The notes below the pieces were generated by a model that did not search any database, was not told the origin of the DNA, and saw nothing but the letters and a program-made list of their open reading frames with translations. A stretch of 54,253 nucleotides of DNA from Methanobacterium sp. (GTDB lineage: Archaea; Methanobacteriota; Methanobacteria; Methanobacteriales; Methanobacteriaceae): NCBI GenBank assembly GCA_036803605.1, contig DAIRTZ010000001.1, forward strand, positions 1-54,253, written 5' to 3'. Both the position numbers and the translations under genes were made by a program. Positions within the stretch are counted from its first letter, which is position 1. Each line of letters opens with the position of its first letter. Positions 31,793 through 44,798 of the stretch are shown in pieces.

Positions 31793-33007
31793 TTAAATCG
31801 TTAGTGAATCGTATAGAAGAACGTTACATTCTTCTCCTTTTCCAATTCCTTCGAGATTTTCTTCTATAATTATATAAGAGTTTGATTGGACCATTGATCT
31901 GATAATACCTGAACCTTTTATTTTTAGTGGCTTAACCATAGTTCCATCTGTTTCTGCCCTTATATAATCTGTTCTTCCAAGACTTGAAGGGATCTTTTTC
32001 AAAGTTATTTTATGGACTATTTGGGGTTTATTTGAAATTCCTTGCATTTTATGAAGGCTATTCCTAACAAAAACATCTGCCTGAACCATTGCGGCTACGG
32101 GGTATCCTGATAACATGAAAACTGGTTTTTCATGGATAATTCCAAATCCAAATGGTTTGCCAGGTCGTAGAGCAACACCATGAATCATAACTTCCCCCAT
32201 TTTATTTGTTACATCTACCACAACATCGCCTTTACTTATTGCAGTACCTCCTGTAGATATTAATGCATCATGGGTATCAAGAAGCCTTTCAAATTCATCT
32301 TCAACTAGTTTATGGCTATCAAAACAGTGTACAAGAGTTGGAATGGCCATTGAAGCTTCTACTATGGCCTTAAATGTATAGTGATTTGAATTAATAACTT
32401 CTGCTCCTCGGATATCTGGACGGGGCATTACAAGTTCATTACCTGTTGTTATAACTCCTATTTTTGGTTTTTTGAAGACATTTACTCTATTGTATCCTGC
32501 AGAAGCAATTATTGCAAGATCTTGGGGTCTTAAAACTTTTCCTTCTTTTAAAACAATGTCTCTCTCTTTGATATCCTCACCCCGAGGAGACACATTTTCT
32601 CCGGGTGTTAAGGACATTTCAACCTTTAAATGATCTCCTTCTGAAGAAGTGTACTCTTCCATAACCACAGCATTCGATCCAGTAGGTATCGGAGCACCAG
32701 TTGCTATTTTAATGGCTTCTCCATTTCTAACTACTTTATTTGAAACTTGGCCAGCACCTATGCTGTCCACTATTTTAAGCATGGCAGGATTAGTTTCAGA
32801 AAATCCAAAGGTATTTTCTGCTCGAATAGCATATCCGTCCATCGCAGACCTTTCAAATGGTGGAGAGTTTAGTAATGATGTTACTTCGTCAGCAAGTACC
32901 CTCATGTGGGCATCCTCAAGGGATATTTCTTCAATACCAACCATTTTTAGGGAGGAATTTATAATTTTTTGGGCCTTTTTGACCGGCATTAAATTTGATA
33001 AAAACAT
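31793..33007 (-). CDS. moeA: Molybdopterin molybdotransferase
   Basis: RSAMDGYA, IATGAPIP, TTGNEL, STGG and RPGKP motifs. Confidence 0.95.
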   Translation of the reverse strand: MFLSNLMPVKKAQKIINSSLKMVGIEEISLEDAHMRVLADEVTSLLNSPPFERSAMDGYAIRAENTFGFSETNPAMLKIVDSIGAGQVSNKVVRNGEAIKIATGAPIPTGSNAVVMEEYTSSEGDHLKVEMSLTPGENVSPRGEDIKERDIVLKEGKVLRPQDLAIIASAGYNRVNVFKKPKIGVITTGNELVMPRPDIRGAEVINSNHYTFKAIVEASMAIPTLVHCFDSHKLVEDEFERLLDTHDALISTGGTAISKGDVVVDVTNKMGEVMIHGVALRPGKPFGFGIIHEKPVFMLSGYPVAAMVQADVFVRNSLHKMQGISNKPQIVHKITLKKIPSSLGRTDYIRAETDGTMVKPLKIKGSGIIRSMVQSNSYIIIEENLEGIGKGEECNVLLYDSLTI

Positions 33008-33325
33008 TTTTTTTCATAACTTTGATTTATTAGGATTTATCTCTAATTTAATATTTAATAAATTGATCCAAAAAATATTCACAAATAGAAATTTCTATAA
33101 AAATTCATATTGATATACTTGATAAATGCCTCCATAATTCAAATAGGAAAGTCGATTACTATAATCGAAATAATGCTAACATAATGATAGATGATCATTG
33201 ATCTAAGAATGCAAAAATTTGATCACTTCTAGTATATAAATCATTCAATAAACCAATTTAATGAAATGCATATCATTTATTATATTAACATATATTACAT
33301 ATCAAATTTAGCCGGTGGTTACATC

Positions 33326-33958
33326 ATGGAAATTCTTTTAACAGTATTAGTGGCTGTCAGCGCATTTGTTGCAACTAATCTGGATGATTTATTTGTTTTA
33401 ACAATATTCTTTGGATCTAAAGATTTTAACAATACTTCTGTTGTATTAGGCCAGTACATTGGCATATTATTACTAATAATAATTAGTTTATTGGCCTATT
33501 TTTTCAAATTCATAATACCAATGTCGTACATTGCTTTATTCGGAATCATACCTCTTGGCATAGGATTGAAAAATATATGGAATTTAAGAAAGAAAGGCTC
33601 TAAAGGCATCCCAAATAAAAAATTTCGAGATCTAAATACAGGGAACTGCATAGATTCAAAAATATCTAGAGAAACGATACTCAAGGTTGCATCTGTAACC
33701 TTTTTTAACGGTGGAGATAATATCGGAGTTTATATGTCTCTTTTTGCAAGTGCAGGGATTATCCAGTTGATCTTAACAAATTCCATCTTTATTATATTGA
33801 TAGGAGTATGGTGTTTAATTAGTTATTTTATGGTTAAAAATAGGATTATTGGATATAAATTAGAAAGATACGGTCATATAATACTACCATTTGTTCTTAT
33901 ACTCATTGGACTCGTAATTCTTTCAGGAATTAGTCCAATTTTCTATTCCAAACCATAA
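33326..33958 (+). CDS. Cadmium resistance transporter CadD family
   Basis: FVATNLDDLFVL, GQYIG and NGGDNIGVY motifs; ATG 33326 after GGTGG. Confidence 0.88.
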   Translation: MEILLTVLVAVSAFVATNLDDLFVLTIFFGSKDFNNTSVVLGQYIGILLLIIISLLAYFFKFIIPMSYIALFGIIPLGIGLKNIWNLRKKGSKGIPNKKFRDLNTGNCIDSKISRETILKVASVTFFNGGDNIGVYMSLFASAGIIQLILTNSIFIILIGVWCLISYFMVKNRIIGYKLERYGHIILPFVLILIGLVILSGISPIFYSKP

Positions 33959-34087
33959 ATTAGGTAGACTTTGTAAGGTCATAATTTAATCGTTAGTTTT
34001 ACAACATAGCAATTAGAATATAATTAACAATATAAGTTTGTTAAATTAAAAGATAAAATTCAATAATTTAAAATCGCGGGGTTCTAT

Positions 34088-35011
34088 ATGGACTCAAATG
34101 AAGTCATGATAAATATTAAATCTTTAAGCAAGTCCTTTGGGAAGATAAAAGCTCTTGATGATCTTAATCTTGAAATAAAACGCGGGGAACTCTTGGGCAT
34201 TATAGGGCCAAACGGGGCGGGTAAGACAACTGCAATAAGAATGGCTTGCTGCATTCTTAAGCCAGATTTTGGCGATATTGTGGTTGATGGTTACAGCATC
34301 CATCAAGATCCTATCCGGATAAAATCAATGATAGGATACCTCCCAGAAGAACCTAACCTTTATGAGCGTTTTAAGGCGAAGGATCTTCTCAAATACTTTG
34401 CAGAGCTCTATGGAGTTCCAAAGGAGAATATCGACGTTCGTATAGATGAGCTCCTGGAGCTTGTAGGAATGACTGATCGTAGTGATGACAGGATAAATAC
34501 ATTTTCAAAGGGATTAAGGCAGAGGATTAGTGTTGCAAGGGCTCTTATTCACGATCCAGAAATAATAATATTTGATGAGCCTACAATGGGTTTGGATCCA
34601 GCAACAGCTAATTCAATTCGTAACTTCATAAAAAATCTCAAGGGCCAAAAAACAATTATATTATGCACACATTACATGCAAGAAGCAGATTTACTATGTG
34701 ATCGGGTAGCAATACTGAACAAAGGCAAAATAATGGATTTAGGGACTCCTGAATATCTTAAATCTAAAATACACGGCGATGTGATCCTTAAAATTAAGGT
34801 TCAAAAATTTGATGATGTGGATAAGTTTAAGGGCAAAATAATGCAATTTGAATCTGCGGGGGCTGTAGACTTTGTTGATGGAGAATTCTTAATATCTCTA
34901 AAATACAGGAATGAAATTTCTAATATTATTGATTTATTCGGTAATGAAGTTATCTCTGTTAATACAAAGGAGCCAACCCTTGAAGATGTGTTTATACACA
35001 CTATAAAATGA
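34088..35011 (+). CDS. ABC transporter ATP-binding protein
   Basis: GPNGAGKTT, FSKGLRQR, FDEPTMGLD and PTLEDVF motifs. Confidence 0.96.
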   Translation: MDSNEVMINIKSLSKSFGKIKALDDLNLEIKRGELLGIIGPNGAGKTTAIRMACCILKPDFGDIVVDGYSIHQDPIRIKSMIGYLPEEPNLYERFKAKDLLKYFAELYGVPKENIDVRIDELLELVGMTDRSDDRINTFSKGLRQRISVARALIHDPEIIIFDEPTMGLDPATANSIRNFIKNLKGQKTIILCTHYMQEADLLCDRVAILNKGKIMDLGTPEYLKSKIHGDVILKIKVQKFDDVDKFKGKIMQFESAGAVDFVDGEFLISLKYRNEISNIIDLFGNEVISVNTKEPTLEDVFIHTIK

Positions 35012-35054
35012 TTAGGATTATATTAAAAATTTAAAAAGTGTTCAAAGTGTTAAA

Positions 35055-36236
35055 ATGAAGTTTACTACCATAACTAAATGGGAGTTTAAAAGCACCCTAA
35101 AAAACAAGAAGTTTATGATGATTTTCTTTTTACAACTTTCAGTACTCTTTTTAATGATAATAATTTTTAATTCATTTGTTACTAACATAGAATCTGAAAC
35201 GGGCATCTCAATAACACCTTCGCTCAATGGATTTGCTTCGATGGATGTCCTGGATCAAAGTGGTCTAATTTCTAAGTACGTTAACCCGGATATCATAAAA
35301 GTTATCCCTTCAAATTACAACAGTTCTTTAAATAACACTGCCAATGGAAAAACCACAGGATTTCTTTATGTGCCTGGTAATGCTGATCAAGAGATACAAC
35401 AGGGACAAATCGTTAACATGATAGTATATCTTGATGCCAGTGATCCTAAAAATAGTGTTGTTAGGGGCGAGGTTAACTCAACAGCTAAAACTATCTCCCA
35501 ATCATATTCAGCCACCCTTACAGCTGCAGCAAACCCTCAAAATACTACATCTCCTACAATTAACCAGCAGTCTACAGGCGAATCATTACCCCTTCAAATC
35601 ATAAAAAAGGTCATGTTGGTGATCCTATTATTTTTACCCCTTTTACTGTTTGGAAACATTATTATTGATAGTATTGTTGGCGAGAAAGAAAGAAAAACAG
35701 GAGAGATACTAATTGCAATGCCAATTTCCCATGCACAGATAATAATTGGTAAGAGTGTTGCGGTAGCCCTTACCATATCATTACAAGTAGCAATGTGGTT
35801 GATAATACTCTTGTTAGCTGGATTTCACATAAACAACCCTTTATTGGTGCTTATGTTTGTTATATTAACTTCGATTCCAATTATAGGGGTTACAAGTGTG
35901 GTAGCAGCATATGCCAAAAATTATAAGGAAGCGGGAATAGGGTTAAGTATAGCATATATCGGGATAGTTGGATTACTTATTGTTCCTGTGCTGGTTTATA
36001 TTTCAAGAAAATCTTATATATCAAATATTTCACCTATGACCATTGTAATGAGGCTTTTTTCGGGAGAATCTATACCCTTAGGGGATTATGCTCTGACGAT
36101 TGCATCAATTGCTATTGTGAGTATAATTTCTTACTGGATTGCAATTAAGCTTTTTGAGAGGGATGATATACTATTTGGGCCTAGACCCGGCATTTTAAGA
36201 TTAGTCTTTGATCTTGTAACCTTTAAAAAGTATTGA
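35055..36236 (+). CDS. ABC-2 type permease (NatB-like)
   Basis: SIVGEKERKTGEIL; N-terminal TM helix, extracellular loop, several C-terminal TM helices. Confidence 0.88.
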   Translation: MKFTTITKWEFKSTLKNKKFMMIFFLQLSVLFLMIIIFNSFVTNIESETGISITPSLNGFASMDVLDQSGLISKYVNPDIIKVIPSNYNSSLNNTANGKTTGFLYVPGNADQEIQQGQIVNMIVYLDASDPKNSVVRGEVNSTAKTISQSYSATLTAAANPQNTTSPTINQQSTGESLPLQIIKKVMLVILLFLPLLLFGNIIIDSIVGEKERKTGEILIAMPISHAQIIIGKSVAVALTISLQVAMWLIILLLAGFHINNPLLVLMFVILTSIPIIGVTSVVAAYAKNYKEAGIGLSIAYIGIVGLLIVPVLVYISRKSYISNISPMTIVMRLFSGESIPLGDYALTIASIAIVSIISYWIAIKLFERDDILFGPRPGILRLVFDLVTFKKY

Positions 36237-36320
36237 TAATGATAGTAAATTAAAATCGAAACATCTGGATATTTAAAACAATCAAAAATTAGCAATCGAA
36301 GAAAAAAAAACAAATCCGTG

Positions 36321-37466
36321 ATGAAAATGAAACTAACAGCTCTAACAAAGAAAGAAAGCCAGGACATACTAAAAAATAGGATATATATCCTGGTAGTATT
36401 TGTCCAAGTATTTATTTTACTTGGTACATTTGGGATTGCTATAGCTAGTTCCATTGCTTCTGATCCTGCACTTTTAGATCAATATGGGGTCACATCAGTA
36501 CTTAAAGTCGGTGTTTCAGACAATATTAAAGGAACAGAGTTAGAGAAAGATCTTTTAGATCAAAAGCTTCAACTTGTATATTACAAAAACATCAGCGATG
36601 CCCAAAAATTCCTTGGAACATCCCTTGTGGCTGTTGTTGATGTTAATCCTCCAGGAAGCCTAAACGTCACTGTCAATACAGATACTTCCAACGTGTTTTA
36701 TCCTGTGGTCTCAACAAAGGTAAACAACGCAGTTAATGAGTATCAACTCCAGAAAAAACTCGAATCTACGGGTTTAAACACGACAGAAATACAAAAAACT
36801 TTGAATCCTGTTAATCTCCAAGTAGTAAATCTCAATGAAAATCATCAAGCAAACTTAGCCCTTAATAGTTCTTACTTTGTTGAGATAATGTATGGATTCA
36901 TTGTTCCATTCATATTGTTACTGCCATTTTTCCTTGCAAGCAATATTGTTACAGATAGTGTTGTTGGTGAAAGGGAAAGAAAAACCTTTGAAGTACTTTT
37001 AATGACGCCAATTTCAAGTTCAATAGTAATGCTGGGAAAAATATTGCCCATATTATTTTTTTCACTTATTCAAAGCGTTGCTTGGATAATTCTACTGGAT
37101 CTACTTAAAGTTCCAATTTACAATCCTATTTTAATATTTGTGCTACTATTCTTCATGGGTTTAGGATTTATTGGAATAGGGATACTCTTATCTATGTTTG
37201 TTGACAGTACTAAGGAAGCTAATTCAGCCATTACAATCATACTAGTATTTGCAACCTTCATATTGTTTATGCCTCTTTTTATTAAGACATCCTACTTTAC
37301 ACCAATCCTGAACTACATTCCAACTATTATAATGGTAAAATTAGCTTCTACACCTAACATAAACCTAAATATAATTTTTTCAGCATTACCTACCATCTTA
37401 ATTTCCCTTATCATATTCACGTTCACGATAAGGTATTTCAGACATGAAAGGGCTATTAGACTTTAA
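36321..37466 (+). CDS. ABC-2 type permease (NatB-like), paralog of the upstream gene
   Basis: [18 protein letters not shown]; same topology; exact start (36318/36321/36327) uncertain. Confidence 0.88.
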   Translation: MKMKLTALTKKESQDILKNRIYILVVFVQVFILLGTFGIAIASSIASDPALLDQYGVTSVLKVGVSDNIKGTELEKDLLDQKLQLVYYKNISDAQKFLGTSLVAVVDVNPPGSLNVTVNTDTSNVFYPVVSTKVNNAVNEYQLQKKLESTGLNTTEIQKTLNPVNLQVVNLNENHQANLALNSSYFVEIMYGFIVPFILLLPFFLASNIVTDSVVGERERKTFEVLLMTPISSSIVMLGKILPILFFSLIQSVAWIILLDLLKVPIYNPILIFVLLFFMGLGFIGIGILLSMFVDSTKEANSAITIILVFATFILFMPLFIKTSYFTPILNYIPTIIMVKLASTPNINLNIIFSALPTILISLIIFTFTIRYFRHERAIRL

Positions 37467-37500
37467 TATTTAATTATTTAAAAAAATAGAATATTAATGG

Positions 37501-38520
37501 TCAACTTTTAATCCATGAGAAGATATTCCAAGACATTGTAATCCCTGAAACTTTACCCTTGGAACTTTTCACCATGTTAGTTAAAATGGTTTTATCTGAT
37601 TGATCTGTTGATATCCTAATAATGGTCTTATCTCCCACATGTTCTATGCTTGTTACATTATATCCACTAAGATCTATTGGAAGTCTATCATCAAAAAAGG
37701 TAACTTCATGATAATCGGTGTTAGTTCCTAATAAACCGATTGAAATCCTTAATAAAATTAGCAGTATTATCAGAAAACTCGGTTTCAGAAAATCTCTTGG
37801 AGAAAATGGTTCTTTTATCACATAAACTCCTAAAAGGCCTGAAAGTCCAATTATGGCAGGGGTTGAAAATAATCCACCATCGAGCATCCCAATGAGAGAA
37901 GTTGTAATAGCAAATGCAAGTATAACTTTGTAACGGTTCTTTCGTTGATTCAGAGACACTAAACCCAGTAAATATACCAAAGGAAAGCTTATTAATACTA
38001 CAAATGAAAGTGGGGAGGTGTAATGTATCAATGAAGTGCCGGTATGTATGTTTGAAGGTACATGAAACCCTGATGCGCTTATTAGATCACCTAAAACCGA
38101 TTTAAAAACATGACTGTGGGTAATGCTGGTACTTGCAGGGGAGGGATCCATGGCCACAAATGTCGTAAATATTGACACACCAAGTTTAAGTCTAATTATT
38201 ATTTCTATTGTAATTCCTAGTAGGTAGGTTAACAGAACAACAATAATAAGTAATTTTAGATATTTGTTTCCCTTACCTTGGAATGAAGGGTTTAAACTGG
38301 AAATCTTCTTCATTATGATACCATTAAAATTGAATAATGGATATAAAAGTAAAAAACTGCCCATGATACCAAAGAGTAGAATAGATTTTCCTTCTGAAGA
38401 TCCCTCTAGGAATGGGTAGGTGATGTTAAGTATCAACTGGTCCAAAAATTTTGTTGAGAAGATCAGAATACTGAACATTATCATGATTATCCCAATAATG
38501 TTTAAGTGGTTCAGTTTCAT
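37501..38520 (-). CDS. Hypothetical multi-pass membrane protein
   Basis: Long hydrophobic ORF; ATG 38520 overlaps the upstream stop (ATGA); polar THSHVFK, HTG and LDGGLFS segments. Confidence 0.8.
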   Translation of the reverse strand: MKLNHLNIIGIIMIMFSILIFSTKFLDQLILNITYPFLEGSSEGKSILLFGIMGSFLLLYPLFNFNGIIMKKISSLNPSFQGKGNKYLKLLIIVVLLTYLLGITIEIIIRLKLGVSIFTTFVAMDPSPASTSITHSHVFKSVLGDLISASGFHVPSNIHTGTSLIHYTSPLSFVVLISFPLVYLLGLVSLNQRKNRYKVILAFAITTSLIGMLDGGLFSTPAIIGLSGLLGVYVIKEPFSPRDFLKPSFLIILLILLRISIGLLGTNTDYHEVTFFDDRLPIDLSGYNVTSIEHVGDKTIIRISTDQSDKTILTNMVKSSKGKVSGITMSWNIFSWIKS

Positions 38521-39077
38521 ATCCAAAATATCACCACAGTAATTGCTAAAGCTGAAATAAGGGGTACTGGTATGTTATCATCAATGGGGCTGTAGGCTTC
38601 CGTTAATGCCCCTGCAAATGCACCGATTAATGAGGGTAATATGGGTAGGAGAGTCAAAGCACCTAAAAATCCCACCACTAAAAATGCTAAACTTCCTTCA
38701 ACACTTTTTTCAACTTTAAATGGTAGTCTATGGCTTCCAAATCTTCTGCCAATAATTGTAGATGCAGAATCTCCAAATAGAAGCATTAATATCCCTGCGT
38801 TAGCGATTGCCATGTTGAAACTGAAGATGTATAAAGTTGCTATGATGCCTATGAAGAAGTATAAAAATCCTCTTTCATCCTCCTTTCTCTTGCAACTATC
38901 TAAAATTGTTGAAAAAATAGGAATATGGTAATATTTGTCTAGTATAAACACCATTTCCGCGAATACGATCATTATAATGCATAGTAATATCAGGGCTTCT
39001 GGTTTCAGGAAGATGCCCAGAACAAGGATGAAGATCCCTGATGCATGAATTAACTGCCTTAGTATCTCCCTATCCAT
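38517..39077 (-). CDS. Dolichol/phytol (polyprenol) kinase family protein
   Basis: REILRQLIH, GDSASTIIG, KSVEGS and IDDNI motifs. Confidence 0.88.
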   Translation of the reverse strand: MDREILRQLIHASGIFILVLGIFLKPEALILLCIIMIVFAEMVFILDKYYHIPIFSTILDSCKRKEDERGFLYFFIGIIATLYIFSFNMAIANAGILMLLFGDSASTIIGRRFGSHRLPFKVEKSVEGSLAFLVVGFLGALTLLPILPSLIGAFAGALTEAYSPIDDNIPVPLISALAITVVIFWI

Positions 39078-39081
39078 AACA

Positions 39082-41235
39082 TCATGCCATAAATTTTTCT
39101 ATAATTCCTGTATAAGATTTTTTAAGTTCTCCAACACTCACACTGAATTCATTATTTATAACTAAAGAATTTCCACCTACTTTACCTATAACTGCTGCTG
39201 GTACATCTATTTTTGAAAGAATATCTTCAAGAGTGTCTTTCTTGATTGTGATCAGGTATCTACCATGTGATTCTGAGAAGAGTTTGGATGAAACATCAAG
39301 TGATGGGTCTGCAGGAACATTTTGTAGATCCAGAACAGCCCCTAAACCTCCTGAAATTGCCATTTCAGAGACCGCAATGCCTAGACCTCCTGAAGAACAA
39401 TCATGCACAGCTGTTACACTCCCATTAGTGTCTTCTTTAATAATTTCAAGAACAGACTTCCCTGCTAAATATTCATCATCCATTACAACTTCGGGTGCTT
39501 TTCCCTGAACAAGGCCGTAAATGGATCTATGGTATTCTGAACCATCTAATTCAAGACGTGTTTTACCAATCATAACGATTATATCTCCTTCATTTTTAAA
39601 TTCTAACGTCCTGATGTCCTTTAAATCTAGTTTTCCTGCCACACCAATAACTGGTGAAGGGTTCACAGTTACTCCCTCTGTTTCATTGTAGAAACTGACG
39701 TTACCACTAATAACGGGGGTTTTGAAGCGTTTAGCGATTTCTGACATTCCTTTAACACACTCGTTAAATTGCCATAAAACTTCAGGTTTCTCGGGGTTTC
39801 CAAAGTTAAGACAGTCTACTATGCATATTGGCTCTGATCCCATTGATATGACGTTTCTTATTGCCTCGGCAACGGAACCTGCACCACCATTGTAAGGATC
39901 GAGCTTGGTATGGATACTATTACAATCGGATGTGATTGCAAATGCAGTCTTCTCATCCACACGTATCACTGCAGCATCATCTCCAGGTTTTACTGCCGTA
40001 GCAATCTGAACTTCATGATCATACTGCCTATAAACCCATTCTTTACTTGCAATGTTCTCTGAAGAGAGTAATCTGAGTAAAGCTTCCCTTGGATCAATGT
40101 CTTCCACTTCAACATATTCCATATCTTCTGATGGTTTTTTTAATTCTCTTTTTGCTACTGGTGGATCTGCTAGGAGCTCAGCAGAAACGTCTGCTACAAC
40201 ATTACCTTCAAGAGTTGTAACAAACCGGTCACCTTCAATAACTTCACCAACCACTGCTGAAGGGAGTTCATATTTTTGGAAAATATTCATTAATTCTTCC
40301 ACATCTTCGGGATTCACTACAAAAATCATTCTCTCCTGAGATTCAGACAACATGATTTCGTAGGGGGTCATGCCATCTTCTCGCAGAGGTATTTGTGTAA
40401 TTTCAACTTTTGCACCATTACCACATTTTGCTGCCAGTTCTGAAATACAACATGTAATTCCTCCACCACCAAGATCCTTAAGACCCTGAACATTCACGCT
40501 TTCAAGGGCTTCGAAGGTTGCTTCCATTACCTGTTTCTTGGTAAATGGATCTCCTATTTGAACAGCAGGTCTACTTTCTAATTCTGATGTTGTAGTAAGT
40601 TCTTCTGATGCGAAGGTTACTCCATGTATCCCATCTCGTCCAGTTCTACCTCCCATGAGTACGAAAACATCACCAACGTTAGGTGCTATTCCCCTCATTA
40701 TTGAATCCTTTCGCACAATTCCGGCACAAACAACATTTACAAGGGGGTTGGATTGGAAGGTATCGTCAAATTCAACTTCTCCACCAACTGTTGGTATTCC
40801 TACCCTGTTTCCATAGTCGGATATTCCTTTAACAACGTATTCAAATAAATAACGAGACCGTTGGTCTTCAAGATAACCAAAGCGTAGTGAATCAAGAAGT
40901 GCAACTGGCATGGCGCCCATAGATATGATATCCCGAATTATTCCACCTATACCAGTTCCTGCTCCGCCATATGGTTCTATAGCAGATGGGTGGTTATGGC
41001 TTTCCATACCAATTACCAATGCAAGTTCATCTGTAAGTCCAACAATACCTGCATCGTCTCCAGGGCCAATTATTACATTTTCTCCCTCTGTTGGGAAAAG
41101 CCCCAATATAGGTCGGCTGCTTTTATAGGAACAGTGTTCAGAGAACATTATGTCCAACATTCCGTATTCTAGTGAATTAGGCTCTCTTCCAATCTCATTT
41201 TTTATATATTCAAGTTCTGCGTCAGTTAAAGTCAT
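39082..41235 (-). CDS. purL: Phosphoribosylformylglycinamidine synthase subunit PurL
   Basis: [31 protein letters not shown] and SGNVSFYN motifs. Confidence 0.97.
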   Translation of the reverse strand: MTLTDAELEYIKNEIGREPNSLEYGMLDIMFSEHCSYKSSRPILGLFPTEGENVIIGPGDDAGIVGLTDELALVIGMESHNHPSAIEPYGGAGTGIGGIIRDIISMGAMPVALLDSLRFGYLEDQRSRYLFEYVVKGISDYGNRVGIPTVGGEVEFDDTFQSNPLVNVVCAGIVRKDSIMRGIAPNVGDVFVLMGGRTGRDGIHGVTFASEELTTTSELESRPAVQIGDPFTKKQVMEATFEALESVNVQGLKDLGGGGITCCISELAAKCGNGAKVEITQIPLREDGMTPYEIMLSESQERMIFVVNPEDVEELMNIFQKYELPSAVVGEVIEGDRFVTTLEGNVVADVSAELLADPPVAKRELKKPSEDMEYVEVEDIDPREALLRLLSSENIASKEWVYRQYDHEVQIATAVKPGDDAAVIRVDEKTAFAITSDCNSIHTKLDPYNGGAGSVAEAIRNVISMGSEPICIVDCLNFGNPEKPEVLWQFNECVKGMSEIAKRFKTPVISGNVSFYNETEGVTVNPSPVIGVAGKLDLKDIRTLEFKNEGDIIVMIGKTRLELDGSEYHRSIYGLVQGKAPEVVMDDEYLAGKSVLEIIKEDTNGSVTAVHDCSSGGLGIAVSEMAISGGLGAVLDLQNVPADPSLDVSSKLFSESHGRYLITIKKDTLEDILSKIDVPAAVIGKVGGNSLVINNEFSVSVGELKKSYTGIIEKFMA

Positions 41236-41342
41236 ATTATCACGTCGGGAAATGCAGCTTTTTTAAAGTATTATGTTTTCTATATTTTTTATATTATTCC
41301 ATTACATAATAATTATCTTAACCATTCTACCAATTTAAAAGA

Positions 41343-44300
41343 TTAGGTTTTATTAATAGTAATATTAACTTGATGATCTTCTATCTTCCATTCTTTAGTA
41401 TAATCTCCCGGTTTAGATCCGAAATTGAAGTTTTTAGCTCGTATTTCGTGTGATATGAAGTCTTTAAAGTTTTCTATTAACAATCTAAAATCATCACCAC
41501 ATTCCAAGAAAACTTCTATATTGGCTTCAACATCTAAATCCAAGTCTTTTCTCATGTCTTGTACTCTTCTTATAAGTTCACGAGCCATTGCCTCAGACAA
41601 TATCTCCGGAGTTAATTCGGTGTCTATGAAAACGTTTCCACCTTCGAATTCACTGCTTGCAATGTTATCAGGAAGTTCTGTTTCAAACACGATGTCTTCA
41701 GTTGCAAGTTCAACTGGTTTATCTTCAAATTCTACGGTGTATATGCCTTTAGACTCTAATTCAATTATTATTTCATTGCCATTTGCTTCTGCTAGTTTAG
41801 ATGCTACTTTGGGCACATCCTGCCTTAACTTTGGGCCAAGGGTTTTCATATTGGGAAATGCATTAATAGTTAAATTTTCAAATTTATTTGACGATGAAAC
41901 TTTTTTGGAGTTGGCCTGTTCCATTATAACATTTTTAAGGGATTGTGCTGCATCCAAGACTTTTTCATCCTCTGAAACTATTACAATTTCCTTAACTGGC
42001 CATCTAAGTTTGTAACGGGCAGCATCACGTGCCCTTGCACAAGCTTCAATTACCTCTCGTACAATGGCCATGTTGGATTCTAGTTCTTCATCTATCATTC
42101 TCTCGTCGTAACTCCAATCAAGCATATGCAGGCTCTCAGGAGAATCGGTTTCAACGCTTCGAATTATATTCTGGTACATATCTTCTGTTACATGGGGGGC
42201 AATTGGTGCCATAGTTTTTATTAGAAGTTTAATTGCATTGTAAAGCGTGTAATATGCTCCTAATTTATCTGGATCATCTTTTTCTATCCATGTACGTCCC
42301 CTTATAAGTCTGATGTACCATCTGCTCAGATCCTCAAGTATGAAGTTGTTTATTGCACGGGTTGCTTTGTGGAAGTGAAGGGCATCAAGAGATTCTGTAA
42401 CATCCCTTGCAAGTGAGTTTGCCCTTGATGTCATCCACAGATCCTCTTCACGTAATTTAAGATCTTTTCCTGTGTAGCTGGTCGGATCGAAATTATCTAT
42501 AGACATGTAAGTTGTTGAGAATACATAAACATTCCAAAGTATGTTGAACATTTTGCTGACGTTTTTAAGTTCATCCCAGTTAAACTTAAGGTCATCCCAT
42601 GGCTTATTCCCCCATAGGAGATAAAATCTGAGGATGTCTACTCCATAGAGATTTATTACTTCTTCAGGTTCGACAACATTTCCTAGGGACTTGCTCATCT
42701 TTTTCCCTTCCTCATCAAGGGTGAATCCGTGCATAAGTACCTTTTTATAGGGAGTGCTATCGTTGGCTATTACTCCACAGCCAAGCTGGGAGTAGAACCA
42801 ACCTCGGGTCTGATCATGACCTTCCGTTATGAAATCGTAGGGATACCATTCCTCAAAGAGGTCCTTTTCTTCGGGATAGTGTAAAGCTGCCCATCCTGCA
42901 ACCCCTGAATCTATCCAAACATCCAGGACATCCGGAGTTCTCTTCATATTTCCGCCGCACTTGCACTTGATACTTATCTCATCTACATGGGGTCTGTGTA
43001 TGAAATCTCCTTTGAGATCTCCTTCAGCTGAGAGTGATTTTAGTTCATCTATTGAGCCCACAACCGTTATCTCATCACAATGCTCACATTCCCATATAGG
43101 TATTGGTATTCCCCAGTAACGTTGTCTTGAAATGGTCCAATCCCGCGCATTTTCTACCCAATTTCTGAAACGGTTTTCACCAGCCCATGATGGGACCCAT
43201 TCTACCTTATCAAGCTCATTGAGCATCTGTTCCTTTATTTCAGTGATCTTTAAAAACCACTGTTTAGTTGCAAGATAAATTATTGGGGTTTTACATCTCC
43301 AGCAGAACCCGTACCTGTGGTTGATTATACTTTCTTTAAATAGTAGATGATGGGTTTTAAGGTCTTGTATTATCTCAGGATCGGCATCTTTGACAAACTG
43401 ACCTATATATTTTCCTGCATCATCCATAAAGAGTCCTGCTTCATCCACCGGACAGAAAATAGGAATTCCATATTTTTTACCAATTTCAAAATCTTCAGGA
43501 CCGTGTCCCGGAGCGGTGTGTACACAACCCGTACCTTCAGTCAGTGTTACATGTTCTCCAGGAAATACAATATGTTTAAACTCTTTTTGAATCGGTATTT
43601 CATTTAAAAGAGGATGATTATATTCTATGCCTTCGATATCTGATCCTTTAACTATCCTCAGAATTTCATAATCTTTATTTTCTTCAATCTCACAATTGCA
43701 ATTTTCATGGCTTTCTAGGGCATTTCCATTTAAAACAGAATTCACTAGTGCCTCTGCCATTATATAAACTTCTTTCCCAACTTTTACATATGCGTAGTCA
43801 AAATCTGGATGTACACATACTGCCATGTTTGCAGGAAGTGTCCAGGGGGTAGTTGTCCAGACTAGAATGTAGCTGGTGTATTCTTGACTTTCCTGAGTTT
43901 TAAGAGGAAATTTGACGTAGATTGATGGGTCATCCTTGTTTTCGTAGTCTATTTCTGCCATTGCAAGAGCTGTTTCGCATCGAGGGCACCATGTGATAAC
44001 TCGTTTGTCCTTTATCAATAGATTCTTTTCATTTGCCCGTTTAAGGGTCCACCAGCAGGATTCCATGTACTTGGTATCGAAGGTAACGTATGGATTATCC
44101 CAATCCATCCACACTCCTAAAAGTTTGAATTGCTCGGTCATAAGGCCTTTGTTTTCTATTGCAAATTCCTTACATTTGTTCACAAAGTTTTCAATTCCTA
44201 TTCTTTCTTCTATTTCCTTCTTACTCTTCAATCCAAGTATTCCTTCTACCTTGTGTTCGATTGGAAGTCCATGGGTGTCCCATCCTGCCTGTCTTCGGAT

Positions 44301-44537
44301 GTTAAAGCCGGACATGCTTTTGTAACGAAGATATGTGTCTTTGATTATTTTATTCCAAGCTGTTCCAAGGTGTATTCTGCCACTGCAGTATGGTGGTCCG
44401 TCAAGAAATGAATATTTAGGTTTGTCCTCCCTCATTTTCTTGGTTCTTTCGTAAATATCCCTATCCTTCCAGAACTTCTGCACCTTTTCTTCAATGATTC
44501 TTGATTCGTATGAGCGTTTAGCCTCCTCTATCGGCAT
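41343..44537 (-). CDS. ileS: Isoleucyl-tRNA synthetase
   Basis: [37 protein letters not shown] and KMSKS motifs. Confidence 0.97.
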   Translation of the reverse strand: MPIEEAKRSYESRIIEEKVQKFWKDRDIYERTKKMREDKPKYSFLDGPPYCSGRIHLGTAWNKIIKDTYLRYKSMSGFNIRRQAGWDTHGLPIEHKVEGILGLKSKKEIEERIGIENFVNKCKEFAIENKGLMTEQFKLLGVWMDWDNPYVTFDTKYMESCWWTLKRANEKNLLIKDKRVITWCPRCETALAMAEIDYENKDDPSIYVKFPLKTQESQEYTSYILVWTTTPWTLPANMAVCVHPDFDYAYVKVGKEVYIMAEALVNSVLNGNALESHENCNCEIEENKDYEILRIVKGSDIEGIEYNHPLLNEIPIQKEFKHIVFPGEHVTLTEGTGCVHTAPGHGPEDFEIGKKYGIPIFCPVDEAGLFMDDAGKYIGQFVKDADPEIIQDLKTHHLLFKESIINHRYGFCWRCKTPIIYLATKQWFLKITEIKEQMLNELDKVEWVPSWAGENRFRNWVENARDWTISRQRYWGIPIPIWECEHCDEITVVGSIDELKSLSAEGDLKGDFIHRPHVDEISIKCKCGGNMKRTPDVLDVWIDSGVAGWAALHYPEEKDLFEEWYPYDFITEGHDQTRGWFYSQLGCGVIANDSTPYKKVLMHGFTLDEEGKKMSKSLGNVVEPEEVINLYGVDILRFYLLWGNKPWDDLKFNWDELKNVSKMFNILWNVYVFSTTYMSIDNFDPTSYTGKDLKLREEDLWMTSRANSLARDVTESLDALHFHKATRAINNFILEDLSRWYIRLIRGRTWIEKDDPDKLGAYYTLYNAIKLLIKTMAPIAPHVTEDMYQNIIRSVETDSPESLHMLDWSYDERMIDEELESNMAIVREVIEACARARDAARYKLRWPVKEIVIVSEDEKVLDAAQSLKNVIMEQANSKKVSSSNKFENLTINAFPNMKTLGPKLRQDVPKVASKLAEANGNEIIIELESKGIYTVEFEDKPVELATEDIVFETELPDNIASSEFEGGNVFIDTELTPEILSEAMARELIRRVQDMRKDLDLDVEANIEVFLECGDDFRLLIENFKDFISHEIRAKNFNFGSKPGDYTKEWKIEDHQVNITINKT

Positions 44538-44798
44538 ATTTTTCTCTCCTTTGATGATTTTCAGTAATAGTGAACTGATCTAAAGTTTGTTTTAAGTATA
44601 TAAAATAGTTAATTTACTTGTGTATGTGGGCATAATGTGATTTGAAAAATATTATAAAGAGATACATCATGAAAATAAAAGAAGGTAGGGTAGGTTAAAC
44701 TATTAAAGATATCAATCTCCTTAAGCCCATGAAAAAGAAAGTGGGAAATTACAGAAAATTTTTTATTTACAATTAATAATAAAATCCTCTGATAATGA

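Noticed and set aside
44600..44790. Transposase remnant between mat and ileS
   Set aside because: Only a vague, stop-riddled resemblance; no terminal inverted repeats or catalytic motif
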